Below, piece after piece: positions 47,362-58,100 of a stretch of 64,000 nucleotides of DNA. The translations under genes and the position numbers were made by a program. The number at the start of each line of letters is the position of its first letter. The stretch's first letter is position 1. The notes beneath the pieces were generated by a model. That model did no database searches. It was given only the letters and a program-made list of their open reading frames with translations, and was not told where the DNA came from. Source of the stretch: an uncultured Gemmatimonadales bacterium (lineage in GTDB: Bacteria > Gemmatimonadota > Gemmatimonadetes > Longimicrobiales > RSA9); the NCBI GenBank assembly GCA_963741945.1, contig CAVUKA010000001.1:1024001-1088000 (forward strand), in the 5' to 3' direction.

Positions 47362-48179
47362 GCGGCCGCGGCCTCGGCGTCCTCGGCTTCGAGCTTCTCC
47401 AGCCGGCGCCGTGCGAGGATCGCGGCGCCGATTGCGCCGGTGTACTGGACCAGCGGCTCGGGCGGCACGTTGACGCCCTCCGCCAGGTGCTCGCGCATGA
47501 CGCGCACCATGGTGGGAAAGCGCATGATCCCGCCCACCAGCGTGAACTCGGGCTCCATCTGCACGCGCTTCATGAGCCGCACGCTCTTCTCGATGAGCGA
47601 CTCCATGGCGCCCAGCATGATCTCGCCGGGCTGGCTCCCGTTGCTCACGTGATTGATCACCTCCGACTCGGCGAACACCGCGCAAACTCCGCTGATGGGC
47701 ACCGACGCCTGCGCGCCCTGGACCAGCATCCCGATCTCCTCGAGGCCATAGCCGAGATAGCGGGCCGTCTTCTCCAGGAACGCGCCCGTGCCCGCGGCGC
47801 ACTTGTCGTTCAGACGGAACGAGCGGACCTTCCCCGCGTCATCGACGCGCATCGCCTTCATCGTCTGCCCGCCAATGTCCAGCACCGTGCGGGTCGACGG
47901 AAAGAACCAGCGCGTGCCCCACGACTGCGCCGTCAGGTCGGTGGCCTGGACGTCCCGGAACGCCACCTGGTTGCGGCCGTAGCCGGTGGTGGCGGTGTAG
48001 ACCACGTCCGCGGCCGTCACGCCCGCCTCGGCCAGCGCGGAATCCAGCGCCGCGCGCGCCGCCGCTTCCAGGCGATATCCGGTCGGCACCATGCTCCGGG
48101 CCAGCAGCTGGCCGGCCTCGTCCAGGATCGCGGCCTTCGTGTACGTCGAGCCGACGTCCACTCCCACCGTGCAGGTCAT
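47358..48179 (-). CDS. Class I benzoyl-CoA reductase ATP-binding activase subunit (BcrD/BzdP-like)
   Basis: [43 protein letters not shown]. Confidence 0.85.
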   Translation of the reverse strand: MTCTVGVDVGSTYTKAAILDEAGQLLARSMVPTGYRLEAAARAALDSALAEAGVTAADVVYTATTGYGRNQVAFRDVQATDLTAQSWGTRWFFPSTRTVLDIGGQTMKAMRVDDAGKVRSFRLNDKCAAGTGAFLEKTARYLGYGLEEIGMLVQGAQASVPISGVCAVFAESEVINHVSNGSQPGEIMLGAMESLIEKSVRLMKRVQMEPEFTLVGGIMRFPTMVRVMREHLAEGVNVPPEPLVQYTGAIGAAILARRRLEKLEAEDAEAAAA

Positions 48180-49042
48180 GCCACCTCCCGCGCTGTGGCG
48201 CAGCCCCGGCCCGCATCGCCGTCCGCGGCCGCACCGGTGAGATCCCCCGCCGGGATGAGCGCTCCCTCCGCCCGCTCGAGCGCGAACAGGGCCGCGCCCA
48301 GAGCGCCGATGAAGTGGGACTCGGCCCCCACGTTCATCTCCGTGCCGAGCAGCTCGTTCAGCACGTGCACCATGGCCGGGTTCTTCGTCACCCCGCCCGT
48401 GAAGGTCACTTCCTCCTCCACGCCCACCCGCTTGAGGAGACCGAACGAGCGCTTGGCGATGGACTGATGCACGCCCAGCAGGATGTCCTCGAGCTTCCGG
48501 CCGCGCGCCAGCCACGACAGCACTTCCGACTCCGCGAATACGGTGCACGTGGTGCTGATCGGCACCGGCCGCCGGCCCCGGAGCGCCGTGGGCCCGAGGT
48601 CCGCCAGGTCCAGCTCCAGCGCCGCCGCCGCCGACTGGAGGAAGCGGCCGGTGCCCGCCGAGCACTTGTCGTTCATGCAGAAGTCCAGCACCTGGCCGCC
48701 GGCCTGCACCCGGATCGCCTTGGTGTCCTGGCCACCCATGTCCAGCACGGTCCGCGTGCCGGGGAACATCTCCGCCGCCCCGCGGGCGTGGCACACGATC
48801 TCCGTCACCTGCGTGTCGCCGAACTCCACCTTGTAGCGGCCGTACCCCGTGCCGATGACGAAGTCCACGTCGCGCCGCGCGAGCCCGGCCTCGGCCAGCG
48901 CCAGCGCGAACGCGTTCTCCGCGGCCTCCACCACGTTTGCGCCCGTGTCGATGAGGCTGCGCCCGACGATGCGACGGTCGCCGTCCACCACCACGGCCTT
49001 GGTCTGGGTCGAACCGACATCCACTCCGCCCGCGTGTCTCAT
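48176..49042 (-). CDS. Class I benzoyl-CoA reductase ATP-binding activase subunit (BcrA/BzdQ-like)
   Basis: [51 protein letters not shown]. Confidence 0.85.
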   Translation of the reverse strand: MRHAGGVDVGSTQTKAVVVDGDRRIVGRSLIDTGANVVEAAENAFALALAEAGLARRDVDFVIGTGYGRYKVEFGDTQVTEIVCHARGAAEMFPGTRTVLDMGGQDTKAIRVQAGGQVLDFCMNDKCSAGTGRFLQSAAAALELDLADLGPTALRGRRPVPISTTCTVFAESEVLSWLARGRKLEDILLGVHQSIAKRSFGLLKRVGVEEEVTFTGGVTKNPAMVHVLNELLGTEMNVGAESHFIGALGAALFALERAEGALIPAGDLTGAAADGDAGRGCATAREVA

Positions 49043-50382
49043 GCGACCTCCTCCCTTGCGGCGGCACCGCTGCCGGCGATCGCGCCGTTCATCCGCAGCT
49101 TGCGACTCTCCAGCCCCTCGAAGAACGCGTCGATGCGGTTCTTCAGCTGCGCTTCCGAGACCACGCGCTTGTCCATCATGTCGCTCTCGATGTAGAGGGC
49201 CAGGACATCGCGCTCGGCCAGGAGCACCCGCCGGCTGTCGGCCAGGCTCGTCGAGACCGTGCGGCAGCTCTTCACGGGGTGGTAGACCACGCCGTCCGCG
49301 CCGTAGCGGTCCACCGCTTCCAGGAGCAGCCGGTCCTGGAAGAGCATGGCGTCGGTGGCCCGGCGCACGCTGCGCAGGACTCCTTCGGCCAGGCTCACCA
49401 GCGGGCGCGACAGGTCATACTCGAAATCCAGGTCCAGGCCGCCGGAGGCGAACCACAGGTAGGTGGAGCTCACGAATGCGCCGCCCCACTCGCTGAACAT
49501 TGCGTGGAAGCGCGAGAAGATCGGATAGCAGGGGACGCCCACGAAGATCAGGCGGTGCCGCTCGGGCGTCTCACCCAGGGCCCCGCGGCCCTCGGCCAGG
49601 CGCAGCTCCAGCTCCTCGGCCAGGTCGCGGAAGTAGTCCGCGCCCTCCTGCGTGCCGCGCAGCGCGTTCGCCACACCCAGGTACATGGTGCCCTCGAGCA
49701 CCGCGTCGAACGCGGCGGGGGCGCGGGCGTTCAGCGCCAGCACGCGGCGGTAGTGCCGGCCCATCTCGTTGGCGTGGCCCAGCACCTCGCGAAAGCGGTC
49801 GATGTCGAAGCGCCTGCCCGTGAGCGACTCCAGCACCTGGATGAGCTCCCGCAGCTGGTTCTCCACGTACGAGAGGTCCGCGGCCGAGCCGACGCCCGTG
49901 GCGCTGTCCAGGACCGAGCGCGACTGCGGCACGTCCACCGTGAAGACCGGGACGTCGTACATCCGCTCCCAGATCTCGGCCCATTTGAGGTAGGTGTTGC
50001 ACGCGTTCGTCAGCACCGCGATGGACGGTGGCGGGATCATTCCGCGCGGGTGCTCGCCGTTGCGGCGCTGGAGCGCATAGTCGGCCTTCACGTAGCCGCA
50101 CACGTCCGGGGAGAAGCCTTCGTCCTCGGCCTGGCTCAGGTACCCGTCCGAGACCTTCTTCACCGCCGTCTGGAGCGAGTTGATCTCGGGGAAGACCGTG
50201 TGCAGGCCGAACGTGCGCAGGATCTCCGTGAGACTCCCCATGACGAAGACATACGCGGCCTGCTCCCCGGCCGAGTGGGCGTGCGTGAGCTCCTCATACC
50301 ACCGGTCGAACAGCTGCCTGCCGTGCCGGAAGGCGCGTCCGTGGATGAGCTCCGAAGTCACTGGATTCATGGGCCGCCTCAT
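49039..50382 (-). CDS. bcrB: Benzoyl-CoA reductase subunit B (2-hydroxyacyl-CoA dehydratase family)
   Basis: [54 protein letters not shown]; start 50382 or 50370. Confidence 0.8.
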   Translation of the reverse strand: MRRPMNPVTSELIHGRAFRHGRQLFDRWYEELTHAHSAGEQAAYVFVMGSLTEILRTFGLHTVFPEINSLQTAVKKVSDGYLSQAEDEGFSPDVCGYVKADYALQRRNGEHPRGMIPPPSIAVLTNACNTYLKWAEIWERMYDVPVFTVDVPQSRSVLDSATGVGSAADLSYVENQLRELIQVLESLTGRRFDIDRFREVLGHANEMGRHYRRVLALNARAPAAFDAVLEGTMYLGVANALRGTQEGADYFRDLAEELELRLAEGRGALGETPERHRLIFVGVPCYPIFSRFHAMFSEWGGAFVSSTYLWFASGGLDLDFEYDLSRPLVSLAEGVLRSVRRATDAMLFQDRLLLEAVDRYGADGVVYHPVKSCRTVSTSLADSRRVLLAERDVLALYIESDMMDKRVVSEAQLKNRIDAFFEGLESRKLRMNGAIAGSGAAAREEVA

Positions 50383-51572
50383 TCGAACAGCAGGTTCTCG
50401 ACGAAGGTCTCGAGCTGGATCTGCAGGTGATCGTACGCCGTCATGTTCTCCTCGAACTCCGTCACGAAGTACGGGATCTTCTCCCGGTCCAGCGCCTGTG
50501 AGTACGCCACCTGCTCGTCCAGGCCGGGCTCGCACATCTTGGCCGCGGCCACGATCGCCGCCTCCGCCGAGGCCGCGCGGATGCGGCGAAGCAGCATCTG
50601 CTCCTTCGGCTTCCGGAGGTCGTGCTGGACCGGGCTGTACGACGATCGCTCCAGGTACGCCTCCGCCAGCCTGCCCACGGGATCCCCCGCCAGATCCACG
50701 TCCTCGGTGATCCAGCGCAGGCCGATCAGGAGGTCGTCATCCACCACGTAGACGAACTGCGCGATGGAGCGGAGCAGGTCGAGCGGCGGCTGCTCGCAGA
50801 AGCCGCCCTCGAACACCACGCGCATGCGGTCCTGCCGGCGGGCGTCACGCTCCCGGATGCGGGGAATGAGCGCGCGCAGGAGGTGATTGTGCTCCTCGCG
50901 CGTGACCAGCCCCGCCAGCGCCACCAGCGCGTACGCCTCGTCCACCGGCAACCGCCACGGCTCCTCCCGCTTGATGGTGTAGAGCTCCCGCAGCAGACGA
51001 CGATTCTCATTGAACACTGCGATGGCATCGCGGATCTCGTCGTCGCCCACGGTGCGGCCGACCACCGCTTCGATCTCGACCAGCACGCGTCGGTACTCCG
51101 CGGTCAGGAACTCGGCCGAGAAGCGGGAGTTGGGGTTCTGCGGGAAGTACAGGATCTGCGCGGGCGTGCTCACGTTCCGCTCCCAGATCCCGGCCAGGTT
51201 GCGAGCCACGTCGCAGATCGGGTGGGTGACGAACAGATCCGGCACCAGCGTCCCGTTCATGGCCAGCTCGAGCGTGGTCCGCGGAATGGAGCAGATGGCG
51301 GAGCCGAAGCGAGAATCGGCTTCCCGGCGATCCACCTGGCCGCCGCGGATCTTCACCGGGAGCATCCCCGCCGCGTGGGCCAGCTCTTCGGGGAAGTAGA
51401 CCTGGAAATGGCCCAGCACCTTGCCGCCACCCTCCCGCCACTTCCGCACGGTTGGGTACTCGACGTCCTCCACCACCTCGCGGCAGCGGGCCAGCACGTG
51501 GTCGAGCGGGTCCGAGAGATCGATGTCCAGCAACCGCTCGGGGGGTGGGATCTCGCGCCTGGGTGTCGCCAT
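50379..51572 (-). CDS. bcrC: Benzoyl-CoA reductase subunit C
   Basis: VYFPEELAHAAGMLP, ICSIPRTTLEL, ICDVARNLAGIW, GGFCEQPPL, KMCEPGL. Confidence 0.8.
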   Translation of the reverse strand: MATPRREIPPPERLLDIDLSDPLDHVLARCREVVEDVEYPTVRKWREGGGKVLGHFQVYFPEELAHAAGMLPVKIRGGQVDRREADSRFGSAICSIPRTTLELAMNGTLVPDLFVTHPICDVARNLAGIWERNVSTPAQILYFPQNPNSRFSAEFLTAEYRRVLVEIEAVVGRTVGDDEIRDAIAVFNENRRLLRELYTIKREEPWRLPVDEAYALVALAGLVTREEHNHLLRALIPRIRERDARRQDRMRVVFEGGFCEQPPLDLLRSIAQFVYVVDDDLLIGLRWITEDVDLAGDPVGRLAEAYLERSSYSPVQHDLRKPKEQMLLRRIRAASAEAAIVAAAKMCEPGLDEQVAYSQALDREKIPYFVTEFEENMTAYDHLQIQLETFVENLLFE

Positions 51573-51573
51573 G

Positions 51574-52341
51574 CTATGCGTCGCTCCAGACCGGCGCGCG
51601 CTTCTCCATGAACGCCGCCAGTCCCTCGTGAGGATCGTGCAGGGCCATCAGCTCGTCGAGGTACAGCGCGTCCGCACCCGCCAGCGCCGCCGACAGCGGG
51701 CGGTCCAGCCCCTCGAGCACGGCGCGCTTGGCCAGCGCCAGCACCGGCCGACTGAGCCCGGCGAGCGGCGCCACGTACTCGCTCACGGCCTCGCCGAACG
51801 CGTCCGCCGGGAGCACGGCCGTGACCAGACCCATCACCTGCGCCTCCTCAGCCAGGATGGTCCGGCCGGTCAGCACCAGGTCCAGCGCCCGCTGCACCCC
51901 CACCCGGCGGGGGAGGAGCGCGGCCGCCGCCGGGGGAAAGACGCCGAGGCGGATCTCCGGCTGGCCAAGCTTGGCGCCGGAACGCGCCAGGACCACGTCG
52001 CAGGCCAGCGCCAGCTCGAGGCCGCCCCCCAGCGCGGCGCCGTTCAGCGCCGCCACGACAGGGAGGTCCACCGCCAGCAGCGCACGGATGGCGCGGGAGA
52101 ACGACTCGATCATCCCCCCCACGCGCTCGGTGGTGTGGTCTGCCACGTCCACCCCGGCGCAGAACGCGCTGCCCTCGCCCGTGAGCACCACTGCGCGTGT
52201 CGCCGGATCCGCATTTGCGACCCCCACTGCCCCGGCCAGCTCGTCCAGCATCTCCGTGGTCAGGACGTTCAGCGGAGGACGGTTCAGGACCACGCGGGCG
52301 ATTGCGGTGCCGAAGTCGACGCGAAGGTGCCGGTACGCCAC
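51574..52341 (-). CDS. dch: Cyclohexa-1,5-diene-1-carbonyl-CoA hydratase (crotonase family)
   Basis: LNRPPLNVL, FCAGVDVADH, LGGGLELA, GQPEIRLGVFPP, YLDELM..D..EGL.AF; directly upstream of bcrC. Confidence 0.8.
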   Translation of the reverse strand: MAYRHLRVDFGTAIARVVLNRPPLNVLTTEMLDELAGAVGVANADPATRAVVLTGEGSAFCAGVDVADHTTERVGGMIESFSRAIRALLAVDLPVVAALNGAALGGGLELALACDVVLARSGAKLGQPEIRLGVFPPAAAALLPRRVGVQRALDLVLTGRTILAEEAQVMGLVTAVLPADAFGEAVSEYVAPLAGLSRPVLALAKRAVLEGLDRPLSAALAGADALYLDELMALHDPHEGLAAFMEKRAPVWSDA

Positions 52342-52342
52342 T

Positions 52343-53452
52343 TCACCCTCCCGCCGTGGCTTTCGCGGCATCCCCGGTTTCGACCGTCTCCACGTCGACT
52401 CCGTCGGTCCCCAGCCCGGCCCCGCACGCGCCACAGAACTGGAAATCGGCTGGAATCCCTTCCGCGCCGCACGCCGGACAGTCACGGTTCGGCGCGCCCC
52501 ACAGGAATTCGCTGGAGCCCCCGCTCGCCGCGCGCTCGCGGAGCTCCATGTAGCGCGGCTTCCGCTTCTGAACGAAAGCGCGCATTCCCTCCCACGGCTC
52601 GAGGGAGGAGTAGTGGAGCGCCAGCCAGTCGCCCGCATGGCCCACGGTCTGGCTCCAGCTGAGCTCCTTCCAGAAGTTCACCTGCTGCTTCGTGTAACGC
52701 GTGCACTCCGGGAACTGCTGCAGCAGCACCTGAACCAGCTCGTCCACCGCCTCGTCCAGCTTCTCCAGCGAGATCGCGTAGCCGTCCTCTGCGTTCTGTG
52801 CCCTCGCGATCTGTTCCGGCGACGCCCCGTCGATGAACGCTCCGTCCTTCACCACGCTCGGCACGACCCGGTTCACCAGCCCCCAGTCCAGGCATTGCCG
52901 CGGCGGGATCCGGCCGTTGACCATGAGGATCTCGCGGGCGCGGCGGTCGCCGACCAGGAGCGGAAGCCACTGCGTGGCACCGCCGGCCGCCACGCTCCCG
53001 ACGCGCGTCCCTACCTGGCCGATGTAGGCGTGCTCGGCCATCACGGCGAGGTCGCACGCCATCTGGCTCTCGTTGCCTCCGCCGACGGCCATGCCGTTCA
53101 GGCGCGCGATCGTGGGCTTCCCCAGTTGAACGATGCTTTCGATATACTCCCGGAACAGCCGCATGTATTTCCAGTAGTCTCGCGGCCGTTGCGTGTACTC
53201 GGCCTCGTACTCCTTCACGTCGCCGCCCGTGCAGAACGCCTTCGTCCCCGCGCCCGTGTAGACCACCACCCCCACCCCATCGTCGAACGCCGCGTCATGG
53301 AACGCGGTGGTCAGCTCACGCAGCGCTTCCGTGGAGTACGCGTTGTAGTTGTGGGGACGGTTCAGCGTGACGCGCGCCACCCAGTCGGCCTTCTCGTACC
53401 GGATCTCCCGGAAGTCGTACGACTCGGCGGGACGCGGCTCAAACTTCGGCAT
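52343..53452 (-). CDS. oah: 6-oxocyclohex-1-ene-1-carbonyl-CoA hydrolase with C-terminal zinc ribbon
   Basis: YNAYST, AFCTGGDVKEY..Y...P.DY..YMRLF, NGMAVGGG, GGATQWLP; tail CPACG...FCGACG. Confidence 0.8.
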   Translation of the reverse strand: MPKFEPRPAESYDFREIRYEKADWVARVTLNRPHNYNAYSTEALRELTTAFHDAAFDDGVGVVVYTGAGTKAFCTGGDVKEYEAEYTQRPRDYWKYMRLFREYIESIVQLGKPTIARLNGMAVGGGNESQMACDLAVMAEHAYIGQVGTRVGSVAAGGATQWLPLLVGDRRAREILMVNGRIPPRQCLDWGLVNRVVPSVVKDGAFIDGASPEQIARAQNAEDGYAISLEKLDEAVDELVQVLLQQFPECTRYTKQQVNFWKELSWSQTVGHAGDWLALHYSSLEPWEGMRAFVQKRKPRYMELRERAASGGSSEFLWGAPNRDCPACGAEGIPADFQFCGACGAGLGTDGVDVETVETGDAAKATAGG

Positions 53453-53503
53453 GCTCGGCTCCTTGTCAGACCATGGCACGACGGCCACCTGGGAAAACGA
53501 AAG

Positions 53504-54370
53504 TCACGAAACGGACGACCGCTCCTCACCCGCCACACCCACGGCGGATCCGGCGGCTTCGAAGCGCGGCTCCACGAACCGGTCGGCCGGCTCCGCCAAC
53601 AGCTCGTGGTAATAGTTGAACAGGCTCAGCGCGCACTCCCCCGCCCAGTCCTCCGGCTGCAACGCCCCGGGGAGGAACGGGTCCTGGAGCGGGAACTCCC
53701 GGTACTCGTGCACCAGCCGGAAGCGCCGGACGTACGCGTCCCGCGGCTCGATCGACCCCGGACCCTCCTCCTTCAGCGCCACGCACGCGTCCAGATGACG
53801 CTCTATGAACGCCTCGTAGCGCGCGTTCAGCCCGGCCAGGTCCCAGCAGCGGCCCACCAGCTCACGGGCGTCGCCAAACCCCAGGTGCGGTCCGCGGAAC
53901 ACCTCCACGTACTCCCTCACTTCCAGATCGTCCGCGATCTCACGCACAGGGCCGACGACATCGTGCGGCGTAATCCACAGCCCGTTCCCCAGCGACCCGA
54001 ACCCGAGCCACTCCAGGCGAACCCGCAGGCGGTCCCGCTGCCCCCGCTGCTCCTCCGGAATCGAATACGCCAGCAGCGTCCACTCCCCATCCCACCCCTC
54101 CGCCCCACGCGGCCGGTAGATCCGCGTCTCCCCTTCCTCCAGCAGCCGTCGGCCCCGACCCGTCAGCGCATAGTAGCTGCGACGACCCTCGCGCTCCGCT
54201 TCCAGCCACCCCTTCCCCACCATCCGCGACAGCACCGTCCGCACGTTCGTCTCGCTCAGCCCCAGCGGCTCCAGCAGCCCGATCAGGCTCCCCACCCACA
54301 CCGGTGATGGCCGGTGCAGCAGGAAATCGCCGAACAGCGTGAACACCAGGTCCTGGGGTCGTGCGGCCAT
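53504..54370 (-). CDS. paaX: PaaX-family transcriptional regulator
   Basis: LVFTLFGD, VRTVLSRM..KGWL, GRRSYYALT..G, WDGEW, LEWLGFG, CWDL, DPFLP..L.P.DW.G. Confidence 0.85.
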   Translation of the reverse strand: MAARPQDLVFTLFGDFLLHRPSPVWVGSLIGLLEPLGLSETNVRTVLSRMVGKGWLEAEREGRRSYYALTGRGRRLLEEGETRIYRPRGAEGWDGEWTLLAYSIPEEQRGQRDRLRVRLEWLGFGSLGNGLWITPHDVVGPVREIADDLEVREYVEVFRGPHLGFGDARELVGRCWDLAGLNARYEAFIERHLDACVALKEEGPGSIEPRDAYVRRFRLVHEYREFPLQDPFLPGALQPEDWAGECALSLFNYYHELLAEPADRFVEPRFEAAGSAVGVAGEERSSVS

Positions 54371-54373
54371 CTC

Positions 54374-54438
54374 TTGTCACAAATGGTTAACGATCGTAGT
54401 CTTGCTGCAATACATTGCCGGCCCGACGCCGGTGTCAA
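54374..54438. promoter_or_regulatory. AT-rich divergent promoter/operator region between paaX and maoC
   Basis: Short palindromes TTGTcACAA (54374-82), ACGATCGT (54390-97), GCAATacATTGC (54407-18); TTGACA on the minus strand at 54433-38. Confidence 0.5.
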
Positions 54439-54506
54439 GGGTCTTCATGCGGAGGCCCCGGGAACATCGGCGGACCGAGCGCCCTCGCGGATCCGGGAGG
54501 CGGACG

Positions 54507-54977
54507 ATGACGGAGGAATCCCTGACGTTCGATGACTTCGAGGTGGGGCGCACCTACCGGACGGAGAGCCGTGTGGTGACGCAGGCGGACGTGGAGGCGT
54601 TCGCGGCGGTGTCGGGGGATGCGAACCCGCTGCACCTGGACGAGGCGTACGCGGCGCAGACGGTGTTCGGCGGCCGGGTGGCGCACGGTGCGCTGGGGCT
54701 GGCGGTCGCGACGGGGCTGCTGAACCGGCGTGGGCTGACGCGGGGGACGTTGATCGCCTTTCTGGGGCTGACCTGGGACTTCGTCGCCCCGCTGGTGCCG
54801 GAGTCGGAGGTGCACGTGGCGCTGGAGGTATCATCGAAGCGGGTTTCGCGCCGCGCGGACCGGGGCGTGGTGGCCTTCTCGGCGGAGCTGCGGTCGGGCT
54901 CTGAAGTGATCCAGGCCGGGGAGCTCCGGTTCCTGGTGCGGCGGCGCGGAGCGGCCGGTGGCGTGGCGGGGACGTAG
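54507..54977 (+). CDS. MaoC/PaaZ C-terminal-like hot-dog dehydratase
   Basis: FDDFEVG, FAAVSGDANPLHLD, RVAHG; GGAGG RBS. Confidence 0.85.
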   Translation: MTEESLTFDDFEVGRTYRTESRVVTQADVEAFAAVSGDANPLHLDEAYAAQTVFGGRVAHGALGLAVATGLLNRRGLTRGTLIAFLGLTWDFVAPLVPESEVHVALEVSSKRVSRRADRGVVAFSAELRSGSEVIQAGELRFLVRRRGAAGGVAGT

Positions 54978-55164
54978 ACGTCCCTGCTCTCGCGCGGGCG
55001 GGCGCGCGGGTGCCCGCGGGCGAAACCCCTACGCGTCAAGGGGGGAAACTCCCGATACATGGCGCAGGTAAATCAGTGAATCCCCGATTGTACGGCTGAG
55101 CGTGCGGGGTAGCTTTTCAGGTGCAGGGCGGGGACACCCGGGCAGCAACTCCGGAGCGAGCCGG

Positions 55165-58100
55165 ATGATGGATAAAGGGGCCGCAGCGCGGCCAGAGAGG
55201 CAGGAGCGCGCGTCGGCGGTGCGTGAAGCCGGCGGGGCATCCAGGGGGCGGCGCCTCCTGCTTTCGGGGAACCAGGCCATCGCCCGTGGGGCGTGGGAGG
55301 CGGGGGTGCGAGTGGGCGCAGGCTACCCCGGCACGCCGAGCACGGAGATCCTGGAAGCGCTGTCGCACCTGGATGGCGTCGACTGCGAGTGGTCGCCGAA
55401 CGAGAAGGTGGCGCTGGAAGTGGCCGTGGGCGCGTCGCTGGGGGGCGCGCGGGCGCTGGCCACGATGAAGCACGTGGGCGTGAACGTCGCCGCCGACCCG
55501 CTCTTCTCGGCCGCGTACATGGGTGTGAACGGCGGGCTCGTGGTCGTGAGTGCCGACGACCCCGGCATGCACTCGTCGCAGAACGAGCAGGACAACCGTC
55601 TATTCGCCCGCCACGCCCGGCTTCCGCTGCTGGAGCCGTCCACGCCGGCGGACGCGCGTCGGTTCACCACGGCGGCGTTCGCGGTCTCGGAGCGCTACGA
55701 CACGCCGGTGCTGCTGCGGACCACGACTCGCCTGAGTCACGGTACCGGCCCGGTCGAGGCGGGTGAGCGGGAAGCAGTGGGGCTGCGGGCATACCACAAG
55801 GACCGCCAGAAGAACGTGGTCCTCCCGGCGCACGGCCGCGTCCGCCACCGCTGGATCGAGGAGGAGCGGATGCCGGCGCTCGCCGCGGAAGCGGAGCGGT
55901 GGGCGGAAGCGGAGCCGGGCGACGGCGACGTCGCCTTCATCACCGCGGGCATTCCCTACCTGTACGTCCGGGAGGCCTTCCCGGCGGCCCCGGTGCTCCG
56001 CCTCGGGATGACGTATCCGCTCCCGGAGATCGCGGTCCGGCGGTTCGCGGAGGAGCACGCGGGGAAGCGGCTCTACGTGGTGGAGGAGCTGGAGCCGTTC
56101 CTGGAGGAGCAGATCCGGGCGCTCGGGCTGGCGCTGGAAGCGCGCACCTGGCCCCGGTACGGCGAGCTGACCGTGCGGCTCCTGCGTCGCGCGGCAGGGG
56201 CTCCCGAGGAGGGCACCGCGGAGGAGACGGCCGCGAACGCGAAGGGTGCGGTCGGTGATGCGCCCCCGGTGCTGCCGTCGCGACCGCCGGCGCTGTGCCC
56301 CGGGTGCGCCCATCGTGGCGTGTTCCACGCCCTGGGACGCATGGACGCCATCGTGAGCGGCGACATCGGCTGCTATACGCTGGGTGCGCTCGCGCCGCTG
56401 GACGCCATGGACGCGTGCATGAACATGGGGGCCTCCATCGGCATGGCGCATGGCATGGAGAAGGTGCTGCCGCCGGATGAAGGGAAGCGTGTGGTGAGCG
56501 TGATCGGCGACTCCACGTTCTACCATTCGGGCGTGACGGGACTGATGGACGTGGTCTACAACCGGGGCAAGGGGACGGTGGTGGTGCTGGACAACCGGAC
56601 CACGGCCATGACGGGGCATCAGGACCACCCGGGCACGGGCCACACGCTCGGCAACGCCGAAGCGCCGCGCATCGACATCGGCGGGATCGCGCGGGCGGTG
56701 GGCGTGGACGACGTGCGCAGCGTGGACCCGTACGATCTCCTGGGCGCGTGGCGCACGCTGGACGACGCGACCCGCACGCAGGCGCCCTCGGTGGTGGTGG
56801 CCGGGAAGCCGTGCGTGCTGAAGGAGAAGGTCTCGTTCGGCGATCCGGTGTTCCTGGACGCGGACCGGTGCACCGAGTGCTTCGCGTGCACGCGGCTGGG
56901 GTGCCCGGCCATCGAGGAGAGCGATGGGCGTCTCGCGGTGAACGACCTGCTCTGCAACGGCTGCACGCTGTGCCAGCAGGTCTGCGCCGACTGCAACGCG
57001 GGGATCGACGTCTCGCTCATGCTCGAGCTGGTGGACCAGGGGCGGCTCTCGGACGCGCTCGAGCTGGTGCTGCGCTCGAACCCGCTGCCCGCCGTCTCCG
57101 CGCGCGTCTGTCCGCACCCCTGCGACCACGACGTGAACGCCCTCGGGTTCCCGCAGGCGGCTACCTATGCGGCCCGGCACCCGTCGCTCGTGGAGCGCTT
57201 CCCCGACGGCGCCAGGAAGATTTCGGTGCGTGCGGTGGAGCAGTTCCTGGGCGACTGGGCCATCGAGAACTACCCGGCCGACGCGCTTTCCCCCGCGGAG
57301 GAGATGGGCCGCTCCGTGGCGGTGGTCGGATCCGGGCCGGCCGGCCTGTCGGCGGCGTGGCACCTCCGGCGCAAGGGGTGGCGCGTCACCGTGTTCGAAG
57401 CCGACGAAGCCCCGGGCGGCATGCTGCGGAGCGGGATCCCCCCGTTCCGGCTGGCGCGGGAAGTACTGGACGCAGAGCTGGGCCGGTTCACCGCTATCGG
57501 CATCGAGTTCCGCACGGCGGCCAGGATCGGTCGGGACATCACGGTGGCAGAGCTGTCCGAGGAGCATGACGCCGTCATCATCGCAGTGGGCCGGCACGCG
57601 CCGCGGACCATCCCGCTGGAAGGGGCCGAGGCGTACGGCTCGTCCGTGCTGGGCGGCCTGGAATTCCTGCGGCGTTTCAACGCAGGCGAGGCGGTGCCGC
57701 TGGGTCGCCGTGTCACGGTGATCGGAGGGGGGAACACGGCCATCGACTGCGCGCGCGCCGCGCGCCGGCTCGGTGCCACCGTGGACGTGGTGTACCGGCG
57801 GACAGAAGCCGAGATGCCGGCCATCCCCGACGAGGTGGAGGAAGCGCGGGAGGAAGGCGTGACGTTCCGGTTCCAGAGGAGCCCCGTGCGGGCGCTGGGA
57901 GAGGGCGGTCGCCTGACGTCGCTGGAAACCATCGCCATGGCGCAGGGCGACCCGGACGAGAGCGGTCGGCGGCGCCCGGACCCGGTGGCGGAGAGCGAGG
58001 AGGTCGAGCCCTGCGACGCGGTGATCCTGGCCGTGGGCGAGGACACCGACCTGGCGTTGCTGGCAGGGAGCGGCATCCGGGCGGGCGACCGGATCGACGT

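Noticed and set aside
47358-51572. 2-hydroxyacyl-CoA dehydratase (Hgd/Fld) of Stickland fermentation
   Set aside because: Two different activase genes plus flanking dch, oah and had fit class I BCR much better
52343-53452. MenB naphthoate synthase or BadI
   Set aside because: The AFCTGG..KEY and YMRLF motifs and the context with dch/had indicate Oah; there are no men genes
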